A DNA stretch of 64,000 bases, from positions 1 to 64,000 of IMG/VR virus record IMGVR_UViG_3300031857_016701. The stretch is one strand, 5' to 3'. Each line of letters starts with the position of its first letter. The stretch's first letter is position 1. This document shows, in pieces, positions 25,305 through 34,951 of this stretch. This DNA comes from a virus (taxonomy: Duplodnaviria > Heunggongvirae > Uroviricota > Caudoviricetes). The notes under the pieces were generated by a model. That model saw only the letters and a program-made list of their open reading frames with translations, had not been told where the DNA came from and did no database searches. The translations under genes were made by a program, and so were the position numbers.

Positions 25305-25816
25305 AATTCGTCTTCGTCTCCGTAATCTTCGTCTTCTTCATCGTCAAAATCATCAAAGTCTTCTTCTTCATCATGCATATAATTTGGATTATGTTTTTGA
25401 TGAAAGTTCTTAAAATCTGCATCAGACAATCCCAATGAGTTAATCATTGAAATAAGAATAAAACACATTTGTTCTTTTGGTGCCTTTTTATCCAATATTT
25501 TTTTGGATAATAAATTTGAAAGAATCATCAATGAAATTACCTTTTTATCGTCTTTCATGAAACTATTATCCATGAATTTTTCTTTCACTATTTCTGTCTT
25601 TGACATTATTAAACCAGGAACATCAGTCAACTTCATAGAATCCATCGTATTTCTTTTGATTTCTTCTTCTAATAATTGATTCCGTGTTTTCTTGTCACCA
25701 CCCAATTTATTGATTTCATCACTAATCGTTTTAATACTTTCACGATTTAACTTTTTAGCTATACTAAAAGATATTAATACACCGTGTTGAGCAATTAAAT
25801 GATTAAATGTTTTCAT
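25301..25816 (-). CDS. hypothetical protein with a strongly acidic C-terminal tail
   Basis: C-terminus DEEEDFDDFDDEEDEDYGDEDEF. Confidence 0.4.
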   Translation of the reverse strand: MKTFNHLIAQHGVLISFSIAKKLNRESIKTISDEINKLGGDKKTRNQLLEEEIKRNTMDSMKLTDVPGLIMSKTEIVKEKFMDNSFMKDDKKVISLMILSNLLSKKILDKKAPKEQMCFILISMINSLGLSDADFKNFHQKHNPNYMHDEEEDFDDFDDEEDEDYGDEDEF

Positions 25817-25853
25817 AAAGTATAAATATCATCAATGATATAATAACTTTATT

Positions 25854-26627
25854 TTAAAATCTAGCTCGTATTGGTTTTTTTGCACCTTGAATTACATCAG
25901 GATCCATATTAAAATGAATTGTTCCCCGTCTAATATATCCTCTACCACTACAAAATGTACAATTGTAACATAGAATCTTTAAATTTTCTATATTGTGATT
26001 GGTTTTATTACCATCTTCAAAATTTAACAACAATGGAATCTTACCATCAGTAATTCTTCTTTCACCATACCCACATTGTTCACATTCAGCCTTCTTTGTA
26101 CCTGACCTAATCAATTTATCTTTTAATCTATGTACTGGGAAATTAGGACACTTACCGGCCAATATCTTACTCAACGGATATTTTCCTTTATGCGGGTCAA
26201 TTGTACTATTTAAATCTCTTGTTTTTCTTACTGTAGGATCACATACAACGTGAACACCATACATTCTAGCATATTTTTTATATGTAGTATAACTTACACC
26301 TAACTTTTTAGAACATTCTTTCGCACTTCTACTACTTGCTCTTGCTTCTTTAATTTCCGATTCCAATAATACTCTTGCAACACCAACCTTTTCAGTTCTT
26401 TTTGGAAACAATACAGATTCCGCTTGTTTTTCCAAGTGGGGAATACTAACACCGTTTTCCTTTAATTGATTTACTTCTTCGGCTACTTCTTTCGCAACAT
26501 CTTCACCTATACTACTAATTTCTTTTATTTCTTTAACATCTTTCTTAAGTGATTGTAAATCATTTAACTGTTTTTGCATTTCGGCCATTTGGGCCAATAT
26601 TACATTTATATCTGGAACATTACTCAT
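25854..26627 (-). CDS. HNH-type homing endonuclease-like protein with an N-terminal coiled coil/HTH
   Basis: C-terminal CEQCGY ... EDGNKTNHNIENLKILCYNC (HNH with a zinc finger). Confidence 0.5.
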   Translation of the reverse strand: MSNVPDINVILAQMAEMQKQLNDLQSLKKDVKEIKEISSIGEDVAKEVAEEVNQLKENGVSIPHLEKQAESVLFPKRTEKVGVARVLLESEIKEARASSRSAKECSKKLGVSYTTYKKYARMYGVHVVCDPTVRKTRDLNSTIDPHKGKYPLSKILAGKCPNFPVHRLKDKLIRSGTKKAECEQCGYGERRITDGKIPLLLNFEDGNKTNHNIENLKILCYNCTFCSGRGYIRRGTIHFNMDPDVIQGAKKPIRARF

Positions 26628-26629
26628 AA

Positions 26630-26944
26630 TTAACCTTTAATTGGTTCATCTGCCAAATCAACTTTAGTCTTTGATAAGAACACTGACCTTAAAATTTCTG
26701 CTTTACTATGAAATCCTGCGTTAATTAATATCTTATATGTATTGTATACGGATACATTTTTCTTAGACTTTGAATTTTTTGGTTCAACCCAACATTGTAG
26801 TAAAGCAGTTACCGTTAAACTTCCATTATTTATTGCTCTTTCCATTGCTTGAGTACACGCTTCTAATTTATAATCATCAAATATTGTTTCGTCTACTTCA
26901 ATCGTTTCTTTCCAGTTAATACTGGTTACTACAACTTTTTTCAT
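26630..26944 (-). CDS. hypothetical protein (104 aa)
   Basis: ORF. ATGA coupling to the helicase gene. Confidence 0.3.
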   Translation of the reverse strand: MKKVVVTSINWKETIEVDETIFDDYKLEACTQAMERAINNGSLTVTALLQCWVEPKNSKSKKNVSVYNTYKILINAGFHSKAEILRSVFLSKTKVDLADEPIKG

Positions 26945-28554
26945 AAGTCCAAATCTCCGTCATTTAGTAGGTCCATGTTGTCCAGTTTGCGTTTTACACT
27001 TTCACAAACCTTTTCTTCTACTGTATTAGCAACAAAGACAATTTTCTGAATACTCTTACTCTTGGCACTATCACGCCAAACTCTTCCAGTTGATTGTCTC
27101 ATTAATACAGCAGAATAACTGGGTGATATAATAGACATTCTAGGATGTTTACCGTTCAAATCATGTAAACTTAAACCAGCACCACCAGCCTGAATATTTA
27201 CCAATATTACCCGTTCTTTATCTGCTTGAAAATCGTCAATATTTTGTTGTCTTGCTTTTGCATACTTAGCTTCACCATTAACAATACACTTTGTATTCAA
27301 TCTTTCTGATAAAGCATCAATAGTTTCTGTAAAATTACAAAATACAACCACACTCATTCCACTTTCAACTGCTTCTTCAATCATTTCAATGAATAATGGA
27401 ACTTTTACCAATTCTACTTTTTGTCTCGCCCTAAGAATTGCCGTCAATTCACTAGTATTTTCTTTAATTTCCTTCTTTATCTTCTTTTGTAACTTAGCCA
27501 GTTCTGCTTCCATTTCCGCATAAATGCCGTTAATTTTATTTTGGGCATCTTCTTCCATGTTATAACATTCAGCGTCAATTTGACTTTCTGGAAAGTTTGG
27601 AATTGTATCTCTAGATAATCTTACACCCCTATTAACAAAAATATCATTGTGTAATTTCTTTAATACTTCTTTATCATTATTAAATTGTAATCCAAATCTA
27701 CCTTTAGTTACACCATGCGCATATAACCAAGTATAATACTGTTTACTATTTTCAAACAATTTAATTGCCATACCCACTGTCTTTAATTCCAGTGGATTTG
27801 TTGCATTAGTAGCACTACAGAACAACATCTTATATCCTTGTTTTAATGCTTCCAAACAAGTTTCACTGTTTTTTGTATTTGCACCCTTTAATTTTTGACT
27901 TTCATCCCAAATAATTAATGTGGATTTAGGTATTTTCCATACGAATTCATTACGTCTAGTATCTCTTCTCTTTACATAAGAAGCTATCATACTGTCTTTC
28001 TTACCCATTCTCAACATTTCATAGTTAATAACTCCTATTAATCTATGATTTATTTTAAAATGATTCTTAATTACTCGTTTCCAAGATTCCATTACTGCTT
28101 TTGGACATACTACAAGAATATCCATATCCAATTCTCTTGCAGTACCACATGCATTATATGTTTTGCCAACGCCAACGTCACTACCATCAATTGCACATCC
28201 CCATTTCTTAATGGCAGCACATAATTTTGATACCGCATTAACTTGCCATGGACGTAAACCATCCGATACTTTTACTTCATATGGTTTAAGTGGTTCGTCA
28301 GATTTAACAGTATCAGTTGTTTTCTTTTTAGAAAACTGTTCTTTGGTTGTATGGGTTTCTGTTAATAACCAATCATTGTCTACTTTTTTGACACCGTAAC
28401 CTTTATCTTTTAATTTAAAGCTGTTACCTTTCCAGTAAACAAAGAATTCATTACGATAATTTACTGGAATCAACCAATGTCTTGTCCAAAGAGGTATTCC
28501 ACTCTTTGATTCAATTTCATAAACATCACTCCATTTTACATCCAAATTAATCAT
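26941..28554 (-). CDS. SF2 (SNF2/DEAD-like) helicase
   Basis: Walker A GSDVGVGKT. DExx box IIWDESQKL. Motif VI QSTGRVWR. Confidence 0.65.
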   Translation of the reverse strand: MINLDVKWSDVYEIESKSGIPLWTRHWLIPVNYRNEFFVYWKGNSFKLKDKGYGVKKVDNDWLLTETHTTKEQFSKKKTTDTVKSDEPLKPYEVKVSDGLRPWQVNAVSKLCAAIKKWGCAIDGSDVGVGKTYNACGTARELDMDILVVCPKAVMESWKRVIKNHFKINHRLIGVINYEMLRMGKKDSMIASYVKRRDTRRNEFVWKIPKSTLIIWDESQKLKGANTKNSETCLEALKQGYKMLFCSATNATNPLELKTVGMAIKLFENSKQYYTWLYAHGVTKGRFGLQFNNDKEVLKKLHNDIFVNRGVRLSRDTIPNFPESQIDAECYNMEEDAQNKINGIYAEMEAELAKLQKKIKKEIKENTSELTAILRARQKVELVKVPLFIEMIEEAVESGMSVVVFCNFTETIDALSERLNTKCIVNGEAKYAKARQQNIDDFQADKERVILVNIQAGGAGLSLHDLNGKHPRMSIISPSYSAVLMRQSTGRVWRDSAKSKSIQKIVFVANTVEEKVCESVKRKLDNMDLLNDGDLDL

Positions 28555-28557
28555 GTT

Positions 28558-28863
28558 TTAATCACCCATTTCGGTACGGTATTTGCTATAATGTGCAACA
28601 TCATGGATGTTACAGCTTTTTAGTATACCACCTTTTCCTACAATGCCAATGTTAAATGTTGTTCTCATTGATTCTGTAAAATTTCTACCGTTATTGTCAT
28701 CTTCGCCATGACCCAAATCAATTAGATTTTGCATATAAAGGTCTCTAGTTTTTCCAAACTTTCGTTTAACTGTACCTTCTAAATGTTTTACTAAACCTTG
28801 TATATTTTCAAATATCAAAGGTGAATTCGTTAATGTAGTATCTATAATGTAAAATTTATTCAT
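28558..28863 (-). CDS. hypothetical protein (101 aa)
   Basis: ORF. Confidence 0.3.
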   Translation of the reverse strand: MNKFYIIDTTLTNSPLIFENIQGLVKHLEGTVKRKFGKTRDLYMQNLIDLGHGEDDNNGRNFTESMRTTFNIGIVGKGGILKSCNIHDVAHYSKYRTEMGD

Positions 28864-28937
28864 ACATTTATATATAGTCGTATATGTGTATATATTACAA
28901 TATAATAAATGAAAATCAAGTTATTATTAATCACATA

Positions 28938-29345
28938 TTACGAATTAGTTTTTTCTATTAAACCACGAATAATTTCTTGCAATGATTCTTTATAACTTAC
29001 TCTTACAGGAGCTTTACCTTTACCACCATCACCTTTTTCCCCTCTACCAGCTTTTCGTTGTGCAGATTTCTTTCTTTTTACCCAATTGGCAATAGCTTTT
29101 TTACCACCTTTGGATCGTAATCTAGCTGCATATTTTTTACCCAAACAAGCACTATAACTGCTTCCTTTTTTAGCATCACCACATTTACCAGCTTTTTTAC
29201 CACTACTGTCATATCTATCCCAACCACCTCCTGAACTACTACCTACACCGCCTTTGCCAAACCATCTACCCAATCCACTGTTGGCATAAATTTCATCTAT
29301 CAAATCAATCATTTGATTTTCTAATTTCTCAATTGGGTAAGACAT
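28938..29345 (-). CDS. basic Gly/Lys/Ser-rich low-complexity protein (possible DNA-binding or internal protein)
   Basis: GKGGVGSSSGGGW...KKAGKCGDAKKG...RKKSAQRKAGRGEKGDGGKGK. Confidence 0.35.
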   Translation of the reverse strand: MSYPIEKLENQMIDLIDEIYANSGLGRWFGKGGVGSSSGGGWDRYDSSGKKAGKCGDAKKGSSYSACLGKKYAARLRSKGGKKAIANWVKRKKSAQRKAGRGEKGDGGKGKAPVRVSYKESLQEIIRGLIEKTNS

Positions 29346-29373
29346 AATCGTTTATAAATATAATGTAATTAAG

Positions 29374-29381
29374 TATAAATA
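29374..29381 (+). promoter_or_regulatory. T4-type late promoter-like TATAAATA box, 18 nt upstream of the fibre gene. A second copy lies at 29353-29360 and a minus-orientation copy at 29387-29394.
   Basis: Exact TATAAATA octamers in a divergent intergenic region. The octamer is expected by chance in AT-rich DNA, so confidence is low. Confidence 0.3.
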
Positions 29382-29398
29382 TTCAATATTTATAAAAT

Positions 29399-31429
29399 AT
29401 GGCAAGTGCTAAAGACATCAGGTTTGACCAGAGAAATGTAACCAATACCGCATATCAAGAAAAATATGTAAACGGTAACAGTCTCATAATAAGAACAGAT
29501 TCTACAGGATCTGTTGTTGGTGCATCTACATTAGAAGGTGTTGCGATTGGAACAACTACACCAAGCACAGCAAATTTTACCAATGTTACCGCATCAGTAA
29601 TTAGTTCTTCTATATTAATTGGTAATTTAAGTGGAAGTTTGTCTGGCAGCAATATAATCGCAAATAATATTAGTTCCAGTACTCTTTATGTTAGTCAAAA
29701 CATTATAAATGATGGTACGTTGACTGTTGTTGGAAACAGCACATTATCAAATGTTACAGCAAGCAACATAAGCGCAAGCGGTAATATTAGTTCTTCAAAT
29801 TTATTCGTTTCTAACAATACCACATTAGGAAATGATGTAAATGATTTAATTAAAATCACTGGAAGTTTGTCTTTATCAGGTTCAACTTCTACAAATTCAT
29901 CATCATTTGTTGATTTAACCGCAAATAGAGTTGTTTATACTGATAATAATAGAATATTGTCAACTGATGATGATTTAATATTTGATGGCAATGCTTTAAC
30001 CGCTTCAAATTTATTAGCAAATACTGTTGATATTAATGGCGGTACTATAGATGGAACTACTATTGGTTTAACATCCGCAACAACCGCTAAATTCACAGAA
30101 ATAACAGCAAGCAACATAAGCGCAAGCGGTAACATTAGTTCTTCTACAGCAGATTTTAACACTCTAACTTCAATTTCGTCAACATTATTTAATGTTACAA
30201 GTAGTAATATTTCTGCAAGTGGTTATATTTCTGCATCTACTGTAGATACTACCAATTTAATATCTGTAAATAATATATTGACTAATATTACATCCAGTAA
30301 TATAAGTGCAAGTGGTAATACAGAACTAAACACATTATCAGTAAAAGGTAGTACAGTATTATATGGAGACTTAACTGTATATGGAAGCAGTTCAGTGGTT
30401 AACATCAGTTCAAGTACAGTAATCATAGGTGATAATAGAATACAATTAAATGCTTGGAGTACTGGTTCTTTAAGTCAAAGATATGCGGGGTTAGATTTAA
30501 CAGACAGTGGTAGCAATAATGCGGTAACTAGTTCATTATTATGGGATAGTGCAAACAATTACTGGTTATTGACCAACAATCAAACTGGTTCTAATCCTGT
30601 AGTAACAAGTAGTGCTTTAATATTACAAGGACCAGTAAGTAATTTTGGAAATGAAAAACAAGTTCCAATTAATACATTCTTAAAAGTTGAAACTACAGTT
30701 GGCAATTTAACTGCTTCAAATCTATCAGAAACAGGAAATACATTAACATATGATGGTACTGTTAGTTCTTCTGCTATTAGTGCATCATCTGCATTTTTTA
30801 GTTTGGATGTATTAATAAGTGGTGTACTAAAAGTAGTTAATAAAATTTACGCATATGCAGGTATCATTGGTGATATTACAGGTAGTTTATCTGGTAGTAA
30901 CATAATTGTTAATACAATAACAAGTAGTGTAATTACTGCTTCCAACATCATTTCAACTAATAACGATTTGTTTGTTGTTACATCCAGTGTAATTAGTTCA
31001 TCCACATTAATATCAAATAACAACACATTAGTTAATGTTACATCAAGTAATATAAGTGCAAGTGGTTATGTAAGCGCATCTTTTGCTAATTTTAATACAC
31101 TTACTTCAGTAAATAATATATTCACTGACGTAACATCTAGTAATATTAGTTCATCTACACTAATATCAAATAATAATATATTAGTCAATGTAACATCAAG
31201 TAATATAAGCGCAAGTGGATACATCAGTGGGTCCAATATATATGTTGAAAATACAATTACTGCAGATACTGGTTCATTTATATATTTTAACATAAATAAT
31301 ACTGGTTCTGCACCAACAAATTATACATCATCAGGAATGCCTGGTGAAGTAAGATTTGATAATAATTTTATTTATATATACGCTAACAATTTATGGGTTA
31401 GAACACCAATTGTTAGATGGTCAGATTAA
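29399..31429 (+). CDS. Ser/Thr/Asn-rich repetitive fibrous structural protein (tail fibre/whisker-like)
   Basis: 676 aa. Many copies of the NISASGNISSS / VTSSNISASGYISAS motif. The only plus-strand gene in a minus block. Confidence 0.55.
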   Translation: MASAKDIRFDQRNVTNTAYQEKYVNGNSLIIRTDSTGSVVGASTLEGVAIGTTTPSTANFTNVTASVISSSILIGNLSGSLSGSNIIANNISSSTLYVSQNIINDGTLTVVGNSTLSNVTASNISASGNISSSNLFVSNNTTLGNDVNDLIKITGSLSLSGSTSTNSSSFVDLTANRVVYTDNNRILSTDDDLIFDGNALTASNLLANTVDINGGTIDGTTIGLTSATTAKFTEITASNISASGNISSSTADFNTLTSISSTLFNVTSSNISASGYISASTVDTTNLISVNNILTNITSSNISASGNTELNTLSVKGSTVLYGDLTVYGSSSVVNISSSTVIIGDNRIQLNAWSTGSLSQRYAGLDLTDSGSNNAVTSSLLWDSANNYWLLTNNQTGSNPVVTSSALILQGPVSNFGNEKQVPINTFLKVETTVGNLTASNLSETGNTLTYDGTVSSSAISASSAFFSLDVLISGVLKVVNKIYAYAGIIGDITGSLSGSNIIVNTITSSVITASNIISTNNDLFVVTSSVISSSTLISNNNTLVNVTSSNISASGYVSASFANFNTLTSVNNIFTDVTSSNISSSTLISNNNILVNVTSSNISASGYISGSNIYVENTITADTGSFIYFNINNTGSAPTNYTSSGMPGEVRFDNNFIYIYANNLWVRTPIVRWSD

Positions 31430-31704
31430 CCTTTTAATAAAGACTTATTTTCAACAATGGGTTTTTCTTCATTTGGAATACCCATTCTCATTTTAAGCAT
31501 TCTTAATGCTGCTTTTGGATGCATTCGTCCACAATTAAACCCTATAATACCATACTTACGACAAAATGATTCCAATTCATTAATGTCTTGTTGTGGAAAT
31601 TCTTGTATAGGTGGTAGATTTGTATCTTCACCTTGTTGTTTTCTACGAACCAAACTTTGAAAAATCGGATCGTTTAATGTAGTTGGAATTTCAGGAAAGT
31701 TCAT
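31426..31704 (-). CDS. hypothetical protein (92 aa)
   Basis: ORF. Confidence 0.3.
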   Translation of the reverse strand: MNFPEIPTTLNDPIFQSLVRRKQQGEDTNLPPIQEFPQQDINELESFCRKYGIIGFNCGRMHPKAALRMLKMRMGIPNEEKPIVENKSLLKG

Positions 31705-33547
31705 ACATTTCTTGTAACTTCAAAAATCTGTGTTTACCATAGTCAGCAACTACTTTGTTTGAATCATACCAAGATGGTAAATTGCCACCCTTACGTTGTT
31801 GTTTAGTCAATTCTACATTTAAAAAGTGATTTGCACCCTTAGTAATATCCTTTAATGATCCACTCTTTGCTTTATTTACTAAATCTAAAGCACCTTTAAA
31901 CTTTGAATGGTTGCGTTTAGAATCAATAAATTGTTTAATAGATTCAGGATCTTTCTTATTTATTTTATTCCATCCACTAAATTGTTTAGGTTTTAAACAT
32001 TCAACTGCCGCTTGACGAATGTTTCCTTTAGCACGATTCATAATTACATTCAATACAGCATGCATTCCATCAATTGGATTCTTTTCACCACCGGCTTCAT
32101 CTACAAGTGTAGCAGCAACAATTTCTTCAATTGTATATGGTTGTCTTACTTGCGAAACCGCAGTTGTTTCTGGTCTAGTTAATGTAGGAGCTGCTTGAAC
32201 ATCTGGTGTACCAAACATAGTAGATGCAGCTAATGCAGCCGTAGCTAGTTTACTTTTCCAATTTTCTGTAATTTGATTTTCTTCAATGCTACTAAAATCT
32301 TTTATAATTTTACCTTTACCAGTTGCAGTTAGTAAAATAGCTTTATCCGCAATAAAGTTTTTGATTGCATCTTTTACAGATGAATTTACTGCGGGTATAT
32401 TAGAATCTCCATTCATAGAAAAATCATAATTTTGCATATTGGATAATGTCAAGAAATTATGATTTAAATCCAATACTGCTCTAATATAACCTTTTTTTAC
32501 CGCATTATCATACGTGTCAATCAATGTAGCACCAACAAGTGATGAATCATGGTTTCTAATCCATTCTTCATGACTATATCCAGCTTCAACTACTTTACCA
32601 TCAGGTGTAAACCAATATTTCTTTTCTGGTGATACTGTGGTATTAAAACGCAACATTCTTTGTTGTCTTTCTTTTTGTTTATCTTCGTAGTAACCTTCAT
32701 CAAGAGTTCTACCTTCTGCTCCAAAATGATCCAAATGATGATAAACATCATCAAGATATTCACCTGCAAGATTCAATTTAGCTTTTACCCAATCTTCCAA
32801 TTGAGTATTTGGTTGCAACATTGTTTCCAATTCTTTTGCATCACTATTAAGTTGTTTTAACGCACCCATTGCCATTGAACTATTTTGTTCTTTTAATAGT
32901 TCTTGAAGTGCTTCTTTATAATATTCTTTAACTGATTTACTTGAAGTTTGTCCACCAGCTTGTCTTTTTTTTCTACCTAGACAATGTGCTTTTTGACTAA
33001 ATCCTTTTGCGTTGCTACAATCTATTGATTTTTTATACTTATTTGACCACTTTTCTTCAATATTTTGTGTACCTTTTTGTTTTTCTTCATTGTAAAACTT
33101 AAGATAATCTCTTACTGTAGCTACATAATCACATGCATGATTCAATTTAGCCTTTACCCAATCTTCTAAGTTATCGTTAACATCAAACATAGATTGTAGT
33201 TTTTCACTATAATCAATGATTTTGGTAATATCACTTTGAGCCATTTCAGCATTTTCATCAAGTACACCTTGAATACTAGATGACTTATGGGTTAAAGCAG
33301 TATCTTTGAGTGACACTAATTTTTCCGCAACTTGTTTTTGTGCAGGAGTAAGATTTTGAAATCCGTTACTTTCACCCAATCCGTGTAGAATTGAATCAAC
33401 ACCACTTTTGGTAATCAATTTCAATCCAGCTTCACGAATTTTATCGGCTAATTTCTTACCTTTTAAAGATTTCTTGAAATCGGCCAATTGTTCCAATTCA
33501 TCAATTGCTTTTTTAGCGTAATTAGTATATGTAGTATAGTCACTCAT
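31691..33547 (-). CDS. large protein with a C-terminal SleB/Hydrolase_2-type cell-wall hydrolase domain
   Basis: GMHAVLNVIMNRAKG...AAVECLKPKQFSGWNK matches the SleB family. Internal repeat LEDWVKAKLN x2. Start trimmed to MSDYTT to remove the overlap. Confidence 0.5.
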   Translation of the reverse strand: MSDYTTYTNYAKKAIDELEQLADFKKSLKGKKLADKIREAGLKLITKSGVDSILHGLGESNGFQNLTPAQKQVAEKLVSLKDTALTHKSSSIQGVLDENAEMAQSDITKIIDYSEKLQSMFDVNDNLEDWVKAKLNHACDYVATVRDYLKFYNEEKQKGTQNIEEKWSNKYKKSIDCSNAKGFSQKAHCLGRKKRQAGGQTSSKSVKEYYKEALQELLKEQNSSMAMGALKQLNSDAKELETMLQPNTQLEDWVKAKLNLAGEYLDDVYHHLDHFGAEGRTLDEGYYEDKQKERQQRMLRFNTTVSPEKKYWFTPDGKVVEAGYSHEEWIRNHDSSLVGATLIDTYDNAVKKGYIRAVLDLNHNFLTLSNMQNYDFSMNGDSNIPAVNSSVKDAIKNFIADKAILLTATGKGKIIKDFSSIEENQITENWKSKLATAALAASTMFGTPDVQAAPTLTRPETTAVSQVRQPYTIEEIVAATLVDEAGGEKNPIDGMHAVLNVIMNRAKGNIRQAAVECLKPKQFSGWNKINKKDPESIKQFIDSKRNHSKFKGALDLVNKAKSGSLKDITKGANHFLNVELTKQQRKGGNLPSWYDSNKVVADYGKHRFLKLQEMYELS

Positions 33548-33551
33548 AAAA

Positions 33552-34340
33552 TTATCTCCAACTTCCACCTTTAGATTTGTACCATTTAGCTGCCCATGCA
33601 TTGGCATAAGCACTAGGATATACATCAAACTTTGATCTTGCTAATGATTTGGCTCTTGACCATAGTTTACTGTTTGTTGCTTTTGCACCTTTTTTCTTTT
33701 TCTTTGTCTTTGCTTCGTTTAAAGTAGGTTCTTCAATATCAATTTCAACCGTTTTATCAACTATTGGATTGCTTCTTCTTCCTTCTACTTGTCCATTTGA
33801 TGTTTTACCTATAGTACCGCCCATATTACCACCATCAACATTGTTATTTCCTACTCTTGATTTATCATTTAAGCTTTGTTTTGGATCACCTAAACCAGAA
33901 TTAGTAGTTGGTTTAAATTCGGTTGCAAGTCCTGCATCTACTAATTTAGAATAATATTCGGGATCTTCAGTTAAATGGTCCATTGCAATTTCAGTTGCAA
34001 TTTTTGGATCATTTGTATGTTCCATTTCTACTTGTACACCAATTGCTAATTCTTTGGTATCTACATTAGATGGCGCAGTTGTATCACCTACACCACCTGT
34101 AAGTTCTGTAACTTCTTCAGTTAAATGTTCATAAAATTCTCTATAAGATACATCCCAATCATTGTGTTCAGTATCTGTCCATTTATCAAATTCGTTAAGT
34201 TTTTTCATTTTAGCAATTTTTTTGAAAGTTTTACCGTCATCCCAATATGGGTCAATCATCCATCTTCTACCCTTCATTCTAGGGTCACCGACTAATGGAT
34301 CGTTTGGTTCTTTTTTAGGCTTTTGGGAATCGTTTTTCAT
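33552..34340 (-). CDS. hypothetical protein (262 aa), Lys-rich C-terminus
   Basis: ORF. Confidence 0.35.
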   Translation of the reverse strand: MKNDSQKPKKEPNDPLVGDPRMKGRRWMIDPYWDDGKTFKKIAKMKKLNEFDKWTDTEHNDWDVSYREFYEHLTEEVTELTGGVGDTTAPSNVDTKELAIGVQVEMEHTNDPKIATEIAMDHLTEDPEYYSKLVDAGLATEFKPTTNSGLGDPKQSLNDKSRVGNNNVDGGNMGGTIGKTSNGQVEGRRSNPIVDKTVEIDIEEPTLNEAKTKKKKKGAKATNSKLWSRAKSLARSKFDVYPSAYANAWAAKWYKSKGGSWR

Positions 34341-34911
34341 ATTTCTTTTGTGCCATTTCTCTAATTATTTTACCGATTTCCTTTTCTTGTGGTGTACGAT
34401 AATCTACAACTTCTTGTTGTGGAGTAGCCATTAAATTATATGGTTCTGCTTTTGATTCTGGTCCCATAAATGATGGTTTTACTGGTAACTTGTCGTCATC
34501 ATCAATGTTCAACATATGTAATTTACTGTAGTATTTGTTATCTTCTTTAAGATTTCTTACTACTAATTCTTTAGCCAAGTCTTTTCTTTTAAACACCATT
34601 TTCTTCAATTCATATTGTAAACCGGCTAAAACTTCATCTGGTGTTACTTTGTATTTGATGTCTTGAACATCTTGTTCATATTGACCTGGGTCATATGTGG
34701 ATTTATTATCATAATCATCAGGTGGTGGTGTACTGATATCACTTGCAGAACCAGCTATAGATGGCGCATATTTGAATGAATTAGGATTTTGAGATACATC
34801 TGGTGAACTATATGTATCCAAACCAGACGCACCGCCTAATCCACCTTGTATATAGGATTGACCTGTATACATTCTATCTCCCAAATCATTTTCATTTATA
34901 GTTTTCGACAT
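34315..34911 (-). CDS. hypothetical protein (198 aa)
   Basis: ORF. Confidence 0.35.
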   Translation of the reverse strand: MSKTINENDLGDRMYTGQSYIQGGLGGASGLDTYSSPDVSQNPNSFKYAPSIAGSASDISTPPPDDYDNKSTYDPGQYEQDVQDIKYKVTPDEVLAGLQYELKKMVFKRKDLAKELVVRNLKEDNKYYSKLHMLNIDDDDKLPVKPSFMGPESKAEPYNLMATPQQEVVDYRTPQEKEIGKIIREMAQKKYEKRFPKA

Positions 34912-34951
34912 AACTATAAATATAAGTAAACAACAGTTAATATCTATTATT

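Noticed and set aside
25821-25828. TATAAATA late-promoter-like octamer between two minus-strand genes
   Set aside because: The orientation is wrong for both flanking genes. In about 30% GC DNA this octamer is expected more than ten times per strand by chance.
29399-31429. Periodic DNA repeats considered as a possible CRISPR array or non-coding tandem repeat
   Set aside because: The repeats are in frame inside one long ORF. They have variable spacing and encode a repeated peptide motif. There are no spacer/repeat regularity and no cas genes.
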